This document shows, one piece after another, positions 1 through 12,816 of a DNA stretch of 64,000 nucleotides (within the stretch, counting starts at the first letter, position 1; each line of letters opens with the position of its first letter). The stretch is from NCBI RefSeq assembly GCF_009914755.1, contig NC_060929.1. One strand, given 5' to 3'. The stretch comes from the human T2T-CHM13v2.0 reference genome, Homo sapiens. A program made the position numbers and the translations under genes. Under the pieces are notes generated by a model. It was given only the letters and a program-made list of their open reading frames with translations, searched no databases and had not been told where the DNA came from.

Positions 1-112
1 CTTGTAAGGCAAGTATGTTGCAGATAAATTTTCTCAACTTTTTAAATAACCACATCTTTATTCCACCTGCATGATTTAAAGCAGCAGTCCCCAACATTTT
101 TTGGCACCAGAG

Positions 113-158
113 ATTACTTTTAATGGCAAAAACCGCAATTACTTTTGAACCAACCTAG
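113..158. mobile_element. Half of a MADE1 (Hsmar1 mariner MITE)
   Basis: ATTACTTTTAATGGCAAAAACCGCAATTACTTTTGAACCAACCTAG matches the spacer plus right TIR of MADE1. Confidence 0.85.
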
Positions 159-215
159 TAATTATTACATTGTATTATATACTGAAATAATTATACAGCT
201 CACTATCACGTATAA

Positions 216-2126
216 TCAGTGGGAGCCCTGAGCTTGTTTTCCTGCAACTCGATGGTCCCATCTGGGAGTGATGGAGACAGTCACCCCCAAAGTGTGTTGC
301 TTATGTCCGGTGTACTCTGTAATCTCGTTTTGGTTGCTGTCACTGCAGAAAACTCTGCTTCACAAAGACAGGATGTTGGGCATGGAAGCAGGTTTTTCAG
401 TGCGTTTGTGGCAATCTCAGGATATTCCACCTTGACTTTAGTCCAGAACATATGGAGATTTGAAGTTGTCTCAAACACACTTGTAAGGCCACCATTATTT
501 GTGATCTCAAGCAGCCGACCCTCTTCTAGCAAGGACAAAGTCGATTCATCTGGCTTATTCACAAATGGGTCACGGATCCATTCCTTCCCAGTTCGGGGTT
601 CTTTTGTAGTTGGGAAGTAATGCTCAAGCTCTTTTGGAAGCTGAAAGGTGATCATGCACCAGCTGGGGGAAAGAAGGCCCTGGCTCAGTCTCTTTCCAAA
701 CAAAACCTCCGCTAATGTTTGAAACATGTCAGAAGTCCCAGTGTTCACTCATTGACCCATAATTCCAGTTTGACTTTTAATGCAGCCACTTTATCTCCTG
801 ACTTGAACACAGTTGTCCCTCTCCCTGAAGTGACGGTTTGTGTTGCTGGTTGAATATGTCACACAAGTAAGCAACATTTGTAGCCCATTCTATGTCACTG
901 AAATGTGTTGCCAGTGGTGACTGTTTTTCTAAAAGAAATCTCTGGAGTGGCTCTCATAACTCAAAATCTCGGCCAGTGATCTACCTTTAGAAAGCCACCT
1001 CATTTCTGCATATCAGAGAAGCCATCTCACTCCTGTCACACATGTGTCACTGTAAGCACATGTATTTCAGAGAAGACGTGTGTGCTCTGCATCCGTCTCC
1101 TCACAGAGCTGCGTGAACAGACATGAGTTAAGGGCATGTACTTTAATGAGGTTGATAACTTTAATCACATACTGCAAAACTTTATTAAGTTGAGGCAACA
1201 TTTTCCAGCTACCCAGCATTTCTCTGTGGATGACACAGTGCATAGACTTACATCCAGAAGCGACCTCTTTGACACAAGTAGTGAAACCAGAAAGCCATCC
1301 AGTCATGGCAGCCACTCCGTGTGTACACTGACACAAAATGGCCAGTTCAGTTTTCCTGATACATAATCATTGAAAGACTTGAATAGTTCTGCAGCTGTGG
1401 TGTTGGTTGGCAACAAAAGTGCACCTAACATAACCTCGTGCACAGCCTCCTAAAAACGGATCTCACAACAACAAGCATTGTTGCCTTGCTGTCAACATCA
1501 GTAGACTCATCAGCCTGGCTTGTGTACCACGGTGACTCATTAATCGTCTCTGACAATTGTGCCTCAATATCCTCTGGAATTTTCTCAATTCCTCTAGGTA
1601 CGGTGCTAGCCAAAAGAGGAACACGTGCCACCTTTTGAGCTGCAGCCTCTCCTAAAAGTTCACGACAAATGTCCTTAGCGCAGGCAAGATCAGCTGTTCA
1701 CCAACAGTAAAGGGCTTCTTAGCTTTAGCAATGCAGTTAGCCAGTAAGAATGATGCTCTCAGTGCAGACACATTTGAAGTGGTGGCCTTCAATCATTGCT
1801 TCTGTTCTTCGTGGTCACACTTTTCTTTTTTCCTTTTGAAAAACTCCAAAGGCTGGTCTTTTAACGCAGGGTGCTTGGTCTTCATATGGCGAAGCAGTTT
1901 TGAAGGTTTCATGGCTTCATTGGATAGTCATCACATATTACATTGCAAGTGGGCTTGGAAAATGTGAATCACCTGTTGGAATGAACCTGCAATTTAAGTG
2001 GGATTCGTGGTATTTTCTATTAAATGCAGCTTGCTTCTCATTGGCAGTCATAGAGTCTTCTGCTGCCTAACCATTGGGACTTTCCCCCTTTTCAAAGCCC
2101 TCCTGTGATGTTTCTTTTTTACTCGT
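216..2126 (-). pseudogene. Disrupted Charlie/Buster-type hAT transposase (ZBED5/GTF2IRD2-like family)
   Basis: Minus-strand fragments: BED finger (NEAMKPSKLLRHMKTKHP, about 1870-1950), DESTDV catalytic motif (ORF 1425-1631), HCVIHRE CxxH motif (ORF 1067-1336), hAT dimerization domain FWTKVKVEYPEIA...CEAEFS (ORF 281-748). Multiple frameshifts and stops; the start codon appears mutated to ACG. Confidence 0.85.
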
Positions 2127-3143
2127 TTTGGCTAGGGTTAGCTCGTGGGCTTACCAAAACTGTGACTGAGACAAGCGTGCAGTGCGGGAAAGAGGCATGA
2201 ACAGAAGTGGTAAATAAAATAATGGGTGGGCCTCACATGGACTAAAATAAGTGTAGGATTCCAACTTAAAGCCTGCCACCAGATGCAGCTTAATTGTCAC
2301 TTGCCAATCACTAATAGGGTTTTGCTATGAGTCTGCAACCAATTGATTTATTAGGGTCTCTGTGCAGTCAGACCTCTCTGCTAATGTTAATCTTCATTTG
2401 CAGCAGCTCCCCAGCAGTAGCCTCAGATCATCAGGCAGTAGATTCTCACAGTGAGCGTGCCACCCAGATCCCTCACATGCACAGTTCACAATAGGGTTCG
2501 TGCTCCTATAAGAATCTAATGTTGCCGCTGATCTGACAGGAGGTGGAGCTCAGGTGGTAATGTGAGCGATGGGGAGTGGCTGTAAACACAGGTGAGGCTT
2601 TGCTCACTCGCCCCAGCTCACCTCCTGCTGTGCTGCCCAGTTCTTAACAGGTCATGCACCAGGGCTGGTCCATGGCCCAGGGGTTGAGGGCCCCTGCCCT
2701 ACAGACTATCTTGCTGCAGGTGGAATTTTAGGCTGGTGGTTTCTTTCCTTTCCTTTCACTGTTCACAGGTAGCATTCCATTGCCCCACGACTTCCATAAT
2801 TTCTGTGGAAAGTCACTCATGTGTCCAGTTTTCTTTCTCCTTTGAAAGTACCATGGAATCATTCTTTTGCCAATCTTAAGCTTTTTTCCCCTTGTCTTTA
2901 TTCTATTTGTGTTTACTGAATTTCTTGAACCTGTGAGTTGATGTCTTTAAGGGTTTGAAAATATTAGCCATTCTCTCTTCAAATAGTTCCATCATGTTCC
3001 TTTCTCCTTGCAGGATGGGATTGTTGAAAATATTTTCCCCATGTCCTTCACACTCTGTTACATTTTCTTCATTTTCTGTTCTTTCTGGGTTTCAGTTAGT
3101 GTACTGTTTATTGATTTGTCTTTCAAATTCCATTTTCAATTAA

Positions 3144-3419
<276 letters not shown>

Positions 3420-3738
3420 TAGCTGGGAGCCATCCATGCCATTCTACAATCTAGTGAACATCTTGGTGAGAAGAGCTGCCACCCTTGCTGCAGGCCCCTC
3501 ACTTTAGGGCTTTCTCTCTTGAGTACTGTGAGATAACAGGAAATTCCACTTTATCTTCCTGGCCCAGCACTGAAATTTTGGTTCACGTGGTTCTCATTGC
3601 TTTTATTGTTCTCTAAAGTCTTTAAAACTATGGTTTTTGTAATTTATTCCATTTTTTTCCCCTAGATTTTACAGTGAAGTACACTCTGCTGATATTTACT
3701 TCATCTTACTCGGAAGTGAAAGCCCCACTGATTTTTTT

Positions 3739-3914
<176 letters not shown>

Positions 3915-4559
3915 TTATATAAAATATTGGGGTTTCCTTCATAAATGTTACTCAGGCCAACTAGTAGACTAAGTAAAAAGTAAAAGCATTGTGTTTGTAG
4001 AGAGACACTGAACATTTATGGGATGAAAGCTGGGACGTGGGAGAAATGGAAAATGCCCCAGGGCCGCTGGCCCTGCCCTCTCCAAGGCCTGCTCATCGCC
4101 CTAAGCGTGGCTGCATCTTCTGCTCCCTCTGGCTACCATCAGCGTGGGCAGGAGGAAGCCTGGGAAGATGGGGGGAGGGGAGCAGTGCTAAAGGGGGGCA
4201 GTGGAAAAATCCACAAGGTTGAAGAGAAATAAAAACCACAGGAGGGCCTGTCTGGAGTGTTTTCCCCACCAGAGGTGATAACCAAGAACTAATGTGTCCC
4301 ACGAAAACCCAGAGTGCAATGGTGGCTGGGGTCACTCTCTTCTCCCGACGTGGCCCTGTGTGCTCCTCCTGGGCTCTGGGGACTCGCCTCCGGTTCAGGA
4401 GATAGAGAGGTGGTCTCCAACACCGCAGAGTCGGCCTGCTGTGCTGGCACGTGGCAGGAGTTCTGTGCCTGGCACTTTGGCACTTGTGAACTGACTGCAC
4501 CCCGGGAAAGACAAAAGGAAGGACCAGTGCTGTGGCGTCTGTTTGCCTGTGAACTGCGA

Positions 4560-4880
4560 CAGAGACACGATAAGTGTCCCCTTGTTATCATCAGCCTAGG
4601 GAGAGCTGTGTGGAGGATGGAGACACCAGCCATCAATCTCCCAGAGCACGCGGCATCTCTGTTTAATAGCTGATAGAGCGTCTCCAAAGGGCTTTTTTTC
4701 TGCTCTTTGTTTAAAATGACATATAATGGGCCTGGACTTATCAGTGTCTCTAAATGCATTTTCTGTGCTCTGTCCCCACTGGGGGGTTTAGTCCTTTCTA
4801 ATGAATATATGCAGGATTGATTTTGAACTTGGTATAATTTAATCCATCAATTTAACATTAAATGAATATGCAAAGGGAGC
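4560..4880. promoter_or_regulatory. Candidate enhancer (GATA, PBX-HOX, POU motifs)
   Basis: Non-repeat AT-rich block in GC-rich surroundings; four GATA cores, TAATCCATCAA (4840-4850), ATGAATATGCAA (4862-4873). Function inferred from motifs only. Confidence 0.4.
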
Positions 4881-7800
4881 CTCTTTGTGGATGAAGACCA
4901 GAAGGCGACGTTCTCATTCATCCGAAATGGACCTGAGCAATGAAAATCTTCCGCTGCTATTCGTATCTGCCATGGGGTCTGTGACTGGGCCGTCTGGGGC
5001 CGGGTGAGTCCTGACGCACCTAAACCAGCCCACAGCCCCTCAGCGACTCCCGGGCACGGCTCACACTCACTCAGAATGGAAGGATGTGGCTGCTTAGGGG
5101 CCTGGCTGCCACGCTGAGAGCTTTCTGGTCAAGCCACGCTAGCATTGAGCTCTGAACTCAAGCCTGGAGCCCGATGGGGAGCTCGAACCCATTGTGCCGA
5201 TGCGTCATTGAAAGTTACACGCGTGCCCAGGACTGGACAACAGGTTGAAGCGATGTCCGATTTCTTCGATCCTAATGGTCTGTCAAAGCCTTTGGAGAGC
5301 GGATCATTTATAAAGCTCAAGGCCACACGGCAGCGGAAGAGCAGTCCTCCAGGCGCGCACAGACGCCGGGAGCTCGGGAGGTCAGAAAGAGCCGAGTGGT
5401 TGAAAACACAGCCCCTGAGCTGAGAGAGCTGCCGAGTCATTGTCGATTGTGCTGAGTGCGGCCGTGATTCCCTGACTCACCTCTCTGTGTGGGGGTGGGA
5501 GCAGGGATCCCCTTTTCCGCAGCTGTTGGTTTCTCACGCGCCGGGTCTTTCCAACGCCTCCCACTCTCTGACTGATAGTCTGTGAGCCCAGCAGCAAGGC
5601 CTTTGTTCCAGGGAAACCAGAAGTGTTTCTGGCCCAAGGGATCCCCCACCCAGGCCCTTTTCAGACCCATCGTGCGCACTGCAATGGGTCCGCTCCTGGG
5701 TTCTCCACGGGGACTTGAGGGCTTGCTCTAGAAACCAAGCCTCCTCTGGGATCTCAATTATCAATCATGTCCCCACCCTCCCCCATCCAGCGACTGGGCT
5801 GGGAGCCTGCTGTGATGATCGGAAGGCAGCAGAGCCCACGATGACACGAACCACTATTGTACAGACCTCCAGGACTCTAAACTGACAGGGGCAAGCAGAT
5901 ATAGAGCAGATGGGCCCACAACCTGGGGCAAAAAGGAATATTTCTATTGCAAATCCACACAATTATTGTGTTTGACAACGTTTTTCTTTGCACAAACTCT
6001 TCCACTCTACTTCCAAAGAGAATATGAGAGAGACTTAGCGCACACATTCGATTTTCACGATTGGAGACTCAGCCTCAATCAAGGAAGAAGAACTCTGGTG
6101 TTCAGGGAGCTCTGCAGCAGCCAAGGCTCATACTCCAGTAACATCTGTGCACTCCCTACAAGGCTAACCATGGAAGTGCCCTAGAGTGTCCAGGTTCATA
6201 ATCACCCCCTCCTCAAAATGACTTCAGGATGGCTAAATGACCTTCCTAAAGTGCTATTATTTCAACCAGAAAGTCTCATTTCCCACGGGCACTCACGGAA
6301 CTGAGGCTGCCTCTGGCTTCCCTGTGAAGCCTTGTCCCTGGCCCCACTTTCTCTCCTGCTCTGTCCTGTCACCATCTGTGACTGCTGTGCTCTCTAATCC
6401 CGATGGCTGCCTCAGCCTCCAGAAGCCAGGCTGCACCACCTCCCTTTTGTCAGGGCCCTGCCCATGTGCACAGGCCCTCAGGGTCTGCACAGCCCAGCTC
6501 AGCCCATCCCCAGGGCTCCACGTGTTCACAAAGGTGCAGCCCTCCCAGGTCTTCCCAACATCTTCCACACCCCTCCTGGCGGTGACTTGGGTTCCTCACA
6601 ACTCGAAGGACACCAGTTCTGCCTGTGTGTGGCAGGACTCAGCCCAGCACCATGATCCTCCTGGACACCCAGCCAGGAAGCACAGGGTGCAGGTGGCCCA
6701 AGCTCTCCCCATCGGGCCGTCGCTTCAAGCCAGGCAGCTGGCTACACTGCCTAGGGAGACTTCCTGACGGTGTGTTCAGAAACAGCAATGCCAGCCGGCA
6801 AGGACTTGGTGTGCAGCTGTGAGCACTGGTCTTGTGAGTGCGGGGGCTCGGCACGCTGGCACTGTGCGTACCTGCAAGGCCTGGGTCTGGACGGGCGGGG
6901 GCGGCATGGTCTAGGCCTCCTTAGAGCAGCCCCGAAGCCCCAGTGCTGTGGCCGAATGAGCTCCCCATGGTCAGGGCACTGCGTCGTTGCCTCCTTAGTG
7001 GGGACTGCAGATCTACATGGGGGCCCATGGCTTTGCCTGATGCGGTGGCTGCAAAAGCCATATGGACTTGAATGATGAGCACCTGAGCTTCCCCTCAGCT
7101 GAGCTGAGCTGAGTCTTTAGAAAATGAATCCTTGTTGCTTCCCATACAAAATAAGTGAGCCTGAGCTGTGGCCAATGGACATCAATGTGGACACGAAGAA
7201 GAAACAATCATATTTATTGTTATAAAATAGACTTGCCCAGTTTGTGTGGGGTGTGCCTGGGATGTGAAGGGAGCAGAGTGTTCGCATGTCTGGGGTCCCC
7301 TGTTCGCTCAGCTGTCATGGGAAGAAGCCCCTTCTAACCTCGCTTACTCTGAGGTGAACGCAGGTGGCCTCTACCCATGCTCTGGCTGGAAAAGAGCCAT
7401 TCCTTGGCCCTGAGTGCCACAGGAGGCCGGGGGAGCCCCACTGCCTTCTCCGTTCTCTTCCCAGCAGGTGCCCACCCTCCATCTAGATCCTGGGATTGTG
7501 GGCCGATCCGGCTCCAGCCCCGTGAAGGTGCAATGCTTGAAGGTGCAATGCTTGCCGCCAATCCCCACTGCGCAGAGCTGACCAGGTGCAGGGGACGAGG
7601 CCTTGCTGGCACACGTGCCTTCTCTGGGCTGATTTGCACCTGGCTGGGGGCTTCGTGAAGAAGTGGGGCCAGGGAAGGAAGGCCCTTCTTCACAGTTCTC
7701 CGTGTGTCACTGCCATGTTTCTCTGGCCAGCATGGTGTCCCAGAAGCTCTTCCCCAGGCCCAGCAAGGCCGCCCTCCCTCCTTTGTCTCCAAGCTGCCGG

Positions 7801-8712
7801 TGATGAGTTAAATGAATTCACAGCGAGTGTCCAGAATCCCCCTGCCCGTCCCCCGTGTACTCACTGCTCCCTGGGTGGCCTGGGTGGTGACTCTTTTTGG
7901 ACCCCGTAAGTTCCAGACCCCAGCTGGGGTCACACTGGGCACCTTTCCAGAACATGCCCTGTGTCCCCTCTGTTGCAGATCTGAGTCGGTTCCTTTGTGT
8001 GGGGCAGGATAGATGGCCCTGCCCAGGAGAGGTGGCTTCTGCCTGGTGTGTTGGGGCCCACAGAACCCACTGGGATGCCTCTCAAGGCCCCGCACTGGGA
8101 AGGCAGGGACAGTCCAGCCGTGCACTGCGACATCTGAAGATGGTGCTTCTGTGTTCGACTGGTCCCAGTGTGGACATAAAGAAAGAGTTCCTTTCCTGCC
8201 TAAACTTACAAGAGTGACTTTAGTTACAAATCAGCTGTTGGATCAACGTGTACATTTCATATTTCTCCTGTGGGTTTAGTTGCTCAAAGACTTGAAATTT
8301 TAATATTGCAGCAATGATTGTGTTGATGCTATAGAAGTCACTGGAATTGTTTTGCACTTTTCACAAATACTTTGCATGGCCTCAGAATTCTTCAGAGTAA
8401 ACCGTCTTCCTGGTTTCTCAGCTCCAGCTTTGATGAATCCTGAAGCTGTCACCTTGGGAAGTTACGCTGGGCTTCAGGTGTCAGGTGCAGATTGCACAGA
8501 TGGGTCCCATCTCATTCCCCCCAAAACACCAAACTGCAGGAAAGAGAGTTTTTACGAAAAGGCAGACCTGCTGTAACAGAGAGGACAAGAGAGTCAATAT
8601 CAACAGAACAGGACCTTAGAAGCTAGGAAGCAGGAGAAGTGGAGACTTACTTAGCAGAACCAAGAAAGTGAAATTCTAGGTCTGGGCGAGAGAAGCTGAG
8701 GCAACCCAGTTA

Positions 8713-9378
<666 letters not shown>

Positions 9379-11017
9379 CTAGTGTCTCCCAGGAAGTGAC
9401 ATTTATCAATGGTCAGTACGTTTAATTGATGATTTGGGTTACATATTCAATTTATTTATACCTGCCTTGTCCCATGAACAGTTTCAGTAGGTGTTTTACG
9501 TATTCCCGATTGATTTAAACGACGCACAGTCGTTCCCCTTTGCAGTCTTGCAGTGTGTAACACAGGCTAACCCTGTTCATAATCTTAGCCTGTAATGCTG
9601 ACTACAAATTGCCATTGCTTAGTCATTGTTAGCAGAACTCATGATGTGGAGAAGGAGCGGGAATCCCTTTCGATGGTGACGGACTGTTTCTCTGATGCTG
9701 ACGATCTCTCCCCTGATACCGCCAAGAAATTGTCTACAGAGATCACTCAATCTCTCCTCGAAACTGTGGGTTTGCAAAATCACACATTGATTCACTTTAA
9801 TAATTTCATAAGTGCAGAGTTGAGCACTAGGCTGTGGAAGACCCTCTGGGGAGTTATGGAATGCAGGTCTTGGACACTGGTTTCTGCCACCGTGCCTTGT
9901 GGAACAAGGGACCCCAGAGAGAGCCACAGGGCACTGGCCCTCAATGGGCCCACGTGTGCAAGAGGGAGACAGCCCCAACTGGGGTTAGCCACGTGCTCTG
10001 AGAGGCCTGGGGCATAGCCCTCTGTACTTCAGCATCAGTGAGAGATGAAGCCACAGGAGACCTTTTCTGCAGAGGGAGGGGCTGTGTGAGCTCAGAGGTC
10101 CAGGCAGTGCCTCCCTCCCACCCTGACTGCCTGCGCCAGCTCCCACCTGGACTGAAGGTGCTGCTTTTCTGCAGGTTCGCTGGTTAAGGACTGAGGAGGC
10201 AGCTGCACATCCTCTCCTCTGTCCGTGGTGTCATAGCAAATGGCTCTTCCTTTTTCTCACCGTGCAGTTGGTCTTGAGGTGAAGCTCAGAGCACAGGACA
10301 CATTGTTTGAAACTGGTGAAGCCGTGTGTTGTACCAGGCAGCGAGAGAAGACATGTGGCCTTATTTCCCATGCGATGAGTTTTCAGAGTGATGTGAAGAC
10401 GTGCCCTCTTACTGAGCACCACCTCTCAAATGGCCAAGGGCTCCCACGTGGTCCACTTGCAATGTGGGAGGTCATCCTAGCAGACGGCAAGGGAGGGGAG
10501 TTGGCTGCAAAGGTGGACAGTCAGGCTGGAAGGCCTGAGACCCGCAAGAGACCGCTCTGCTACGGGACAGGGGGCTGGTGTTTCTGGAGACAGTGTACTA
10601 ACTCCGAGGGCCCAGGGAGGGCCGTGCTCCTGGGAGCCAGCCTCTGCAACCTGGCTTTCTGGGTGCCGTGGGACGGCGGGGCTGAGCCTGGCCTCTCCAC
10701 ACATGTGGCCAGCTGCCACTCCCCAGGGGTACAGGTGATGTGCAGTCTGCACACAGGGGCCCAGGGGCCTGTTGCCTTCCTGGACACCCCTGCTCCCATC
10801 TTGGGGCTGGTCAGCTCAGCCCAGAGCGCCTAGTACCTTCTGAAGTTATTTTCTCCTCTTTACCAGGAAGAAATGTTTGTAGTAAAAGAAACGGTGGCAC
10901 ATAATTTTGGAAAACAAAGGTATTTTGAGGGCTAATGCTTGTAGCTGGGTTTCCCAGATGCAAAGTTTGCACATTTTATTGTCATCCTTCCATGTTTTGT
11001 GCATACATGATCGAGAA

Positions 11018-11320
11018 GTGTGTGTGTGTGTGTGAGTGTGCATGTGTGGGATGCCAATGTGTACATGGTACAACTGTGTGTGCACAGGTGTGTGTTTTTG
11101 CTCTGAGTGTGTGCGGTGTGTGTGTTATGTGTATGTTATGTGTTGTGTTGTGGAATGCCCATGTGTGTTATGTGGTGTGTGTGCCTTGTGTGCAGGTGGC
11201 ATGTCTGTGTGTGTTACATGCCTGTGTTGTGTGCCCATATCTATGTGATTGGTCACTGTTGTGTGTGTTGTGTGTGTCTGCACTGGGTACTCGCTATGTG
11301 TGTCGAGTTTATGTGCATGG
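11018..11320 (+). repeat. TG-rich degenerate simple repeat
   Basis: (TG)n and interrupted GTGT tracts. Confidence 0.85.
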
Positions 11321-12056
11321 TGCATCTCTCTGTGGAGCTTTGTGGGAATGAAGAATCAGGTTAATCTCCCAGCTCTCAATCAGAAAAGGACAACCAAAAT
11401 TTGCAGTCGCACAGAGAAGATGAATTTGTTAATGCCTGGCTGGACTTTCCACTCAGGTCTTAACCACCTGGAATGCTGAGGTGCAGCATATGTGATTGAT
11501 GAAACAGGGACGAGGGTGGTTTCTGCTGAGCACTTCAGGCATGAAATCCAAACTCAGCAAAAGAGCCCCCTTTGCCAGCCCCCTGCTGCTGTCCCAACCC
11601 AATTGCTTGTCCCGCTCTCCTTGGAAGATGGCAGCCACACTTGAGTGGGATATCAGAGTGGCTGCTTTTCATCAGGAAGAGGCAGAGACAGGCTGAGTCA
11701 AGTGGAACCACTGCTGTCCCCCACTGTCAGGCGGCCCCTGCCCCCACTTGGAGCCCGCCCAGGGGCAGCTTTGTCTAGACATGGAGGGGCACAAGGACTT
11801 GAGCTGAGCAGGGCACTGGGCAGTGGGGGCAGCCCAGTGTACTGTGCTCAGAACTGCCTCGACCCAAAGCCAGACAAGTGACCGGGCAGTCACAGCCCCA
11901 TCTCCTCCCTGCTAAGCACTGGCAGGACCCGCAGGGGAGGAGGAGGGAAGGCACTTCCTGCTGCCTGGACATTCCCCACTCTCAGGAGCAGCACAGACCT
12001 GGCCACTCCCATGAACAGAAAGTACCCCTGCAGTGTTGCCCTCCCACACCGTAGGC

Positions 12057-12179
12057 CACACACCTGGACATTCCACAACATATAACATACACATAACACA
12101 CACACACACTGCACACACTCAGAGCAAAAACACACACCTATGCACCCACAGTGGTACCACATACACACTGGCATCCCAC
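12057..12179 (-). repeat. Inverted copy of 11046-11167
   Basis: Its reverse complement reads gtgggatgccagtgtgtatgtggtaccactgtgggtgcataggtgtgtgtttttgctctgagtgtgtgcag..., co-linear with 11046 onward. Confidence 0.9.
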
Positions 12180-12816
12180 GGTGTCCCATCTGGCCACAAT
12201 TGTCTCTCCCCTGTTAATGGCTCTCAGGACACTGCACATAGGGTAGCAAAGGGCAGTGACCCATGACAGATGACATGCAAGTGAGCTGAGCCCTGACGCT
12301 CTCCAGCTTCCTGCCTGAAGAGAATCTCTGAGCCATGACACAGGCAGAGGAGCCCAGGCACGGCCCACAGCCTGGCTGAACGCAGGAGACAGAGCCGAGA
12401 GTCTGTGGAGGTGAGAGAAAGTGACCTTTGCCCTACAGAGTCTTGCAGAAAAGAGACAGGCGTGGGGCACGAGCTCCTGGGATCCACAACAGGTCTGGGT
12501 GGAGCAGGCCACAGAGTGCTGCTCGGTGCACGAGAGAAAGACTCACGAAACTGGAAGGAGGCTCTGGGAAGGAGTAGAGGTCAATGCCCAGCACTCACAC
12601 TGGGCCGGCCGCCTCTCCTGCCAGGCAAAGTTGAATACGCATTGGGTAGAGCACACAGGAGAGTGTTGCCTCGGTACTGGAGAATAATTCATCCTTAATT
12701 GCTCACCTCTCAGGTTCTGCCTAACAAAGCTTAAAAGCAAGATCCAAAAGGATCAATCTTGTTTCAAAGAAACTCAACGTTGTCCTTGGACAAACCTCAA
12801 GAATATGTATAGAATC

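Larger units (their letters stand above)
82..2696 (-). mobile_element. Near full-length hAT-Charlie DNA transposon (Charlie3/MER1 family)
   Basis: Terminal inverted repeats CAGCAGTCCCCAAC (82) and GTTGAGGGCCCCTG (2696); MER1-like end sequences; diverged 8-bp TSD-like flanks ATTTAAAG / CCCTACAG; about 2.6 kb long; internal transposase fragments. Confidence 0.88.

Noticed and set aside
7523-7554. 15-bp tandem duplication (similar ones at 28057-28089 and 62639-62667; 9-bp hairpin at 9562-9593)
   Set aside because: Ordinary slippage-scale events expected in 64 kb; no functional cue.
9595-10017. 140-aa ORF with protein-like N-terminal composition
   Set aside because: No recognisable domain or supportable splice structure; overlapping antisense ORFs of similar length suggest chance.
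10935-11364. Cys/Val-rich ORFs resembling metallothionein or keratin-associated proteins
   Set aside because: Translation of TG repeats.
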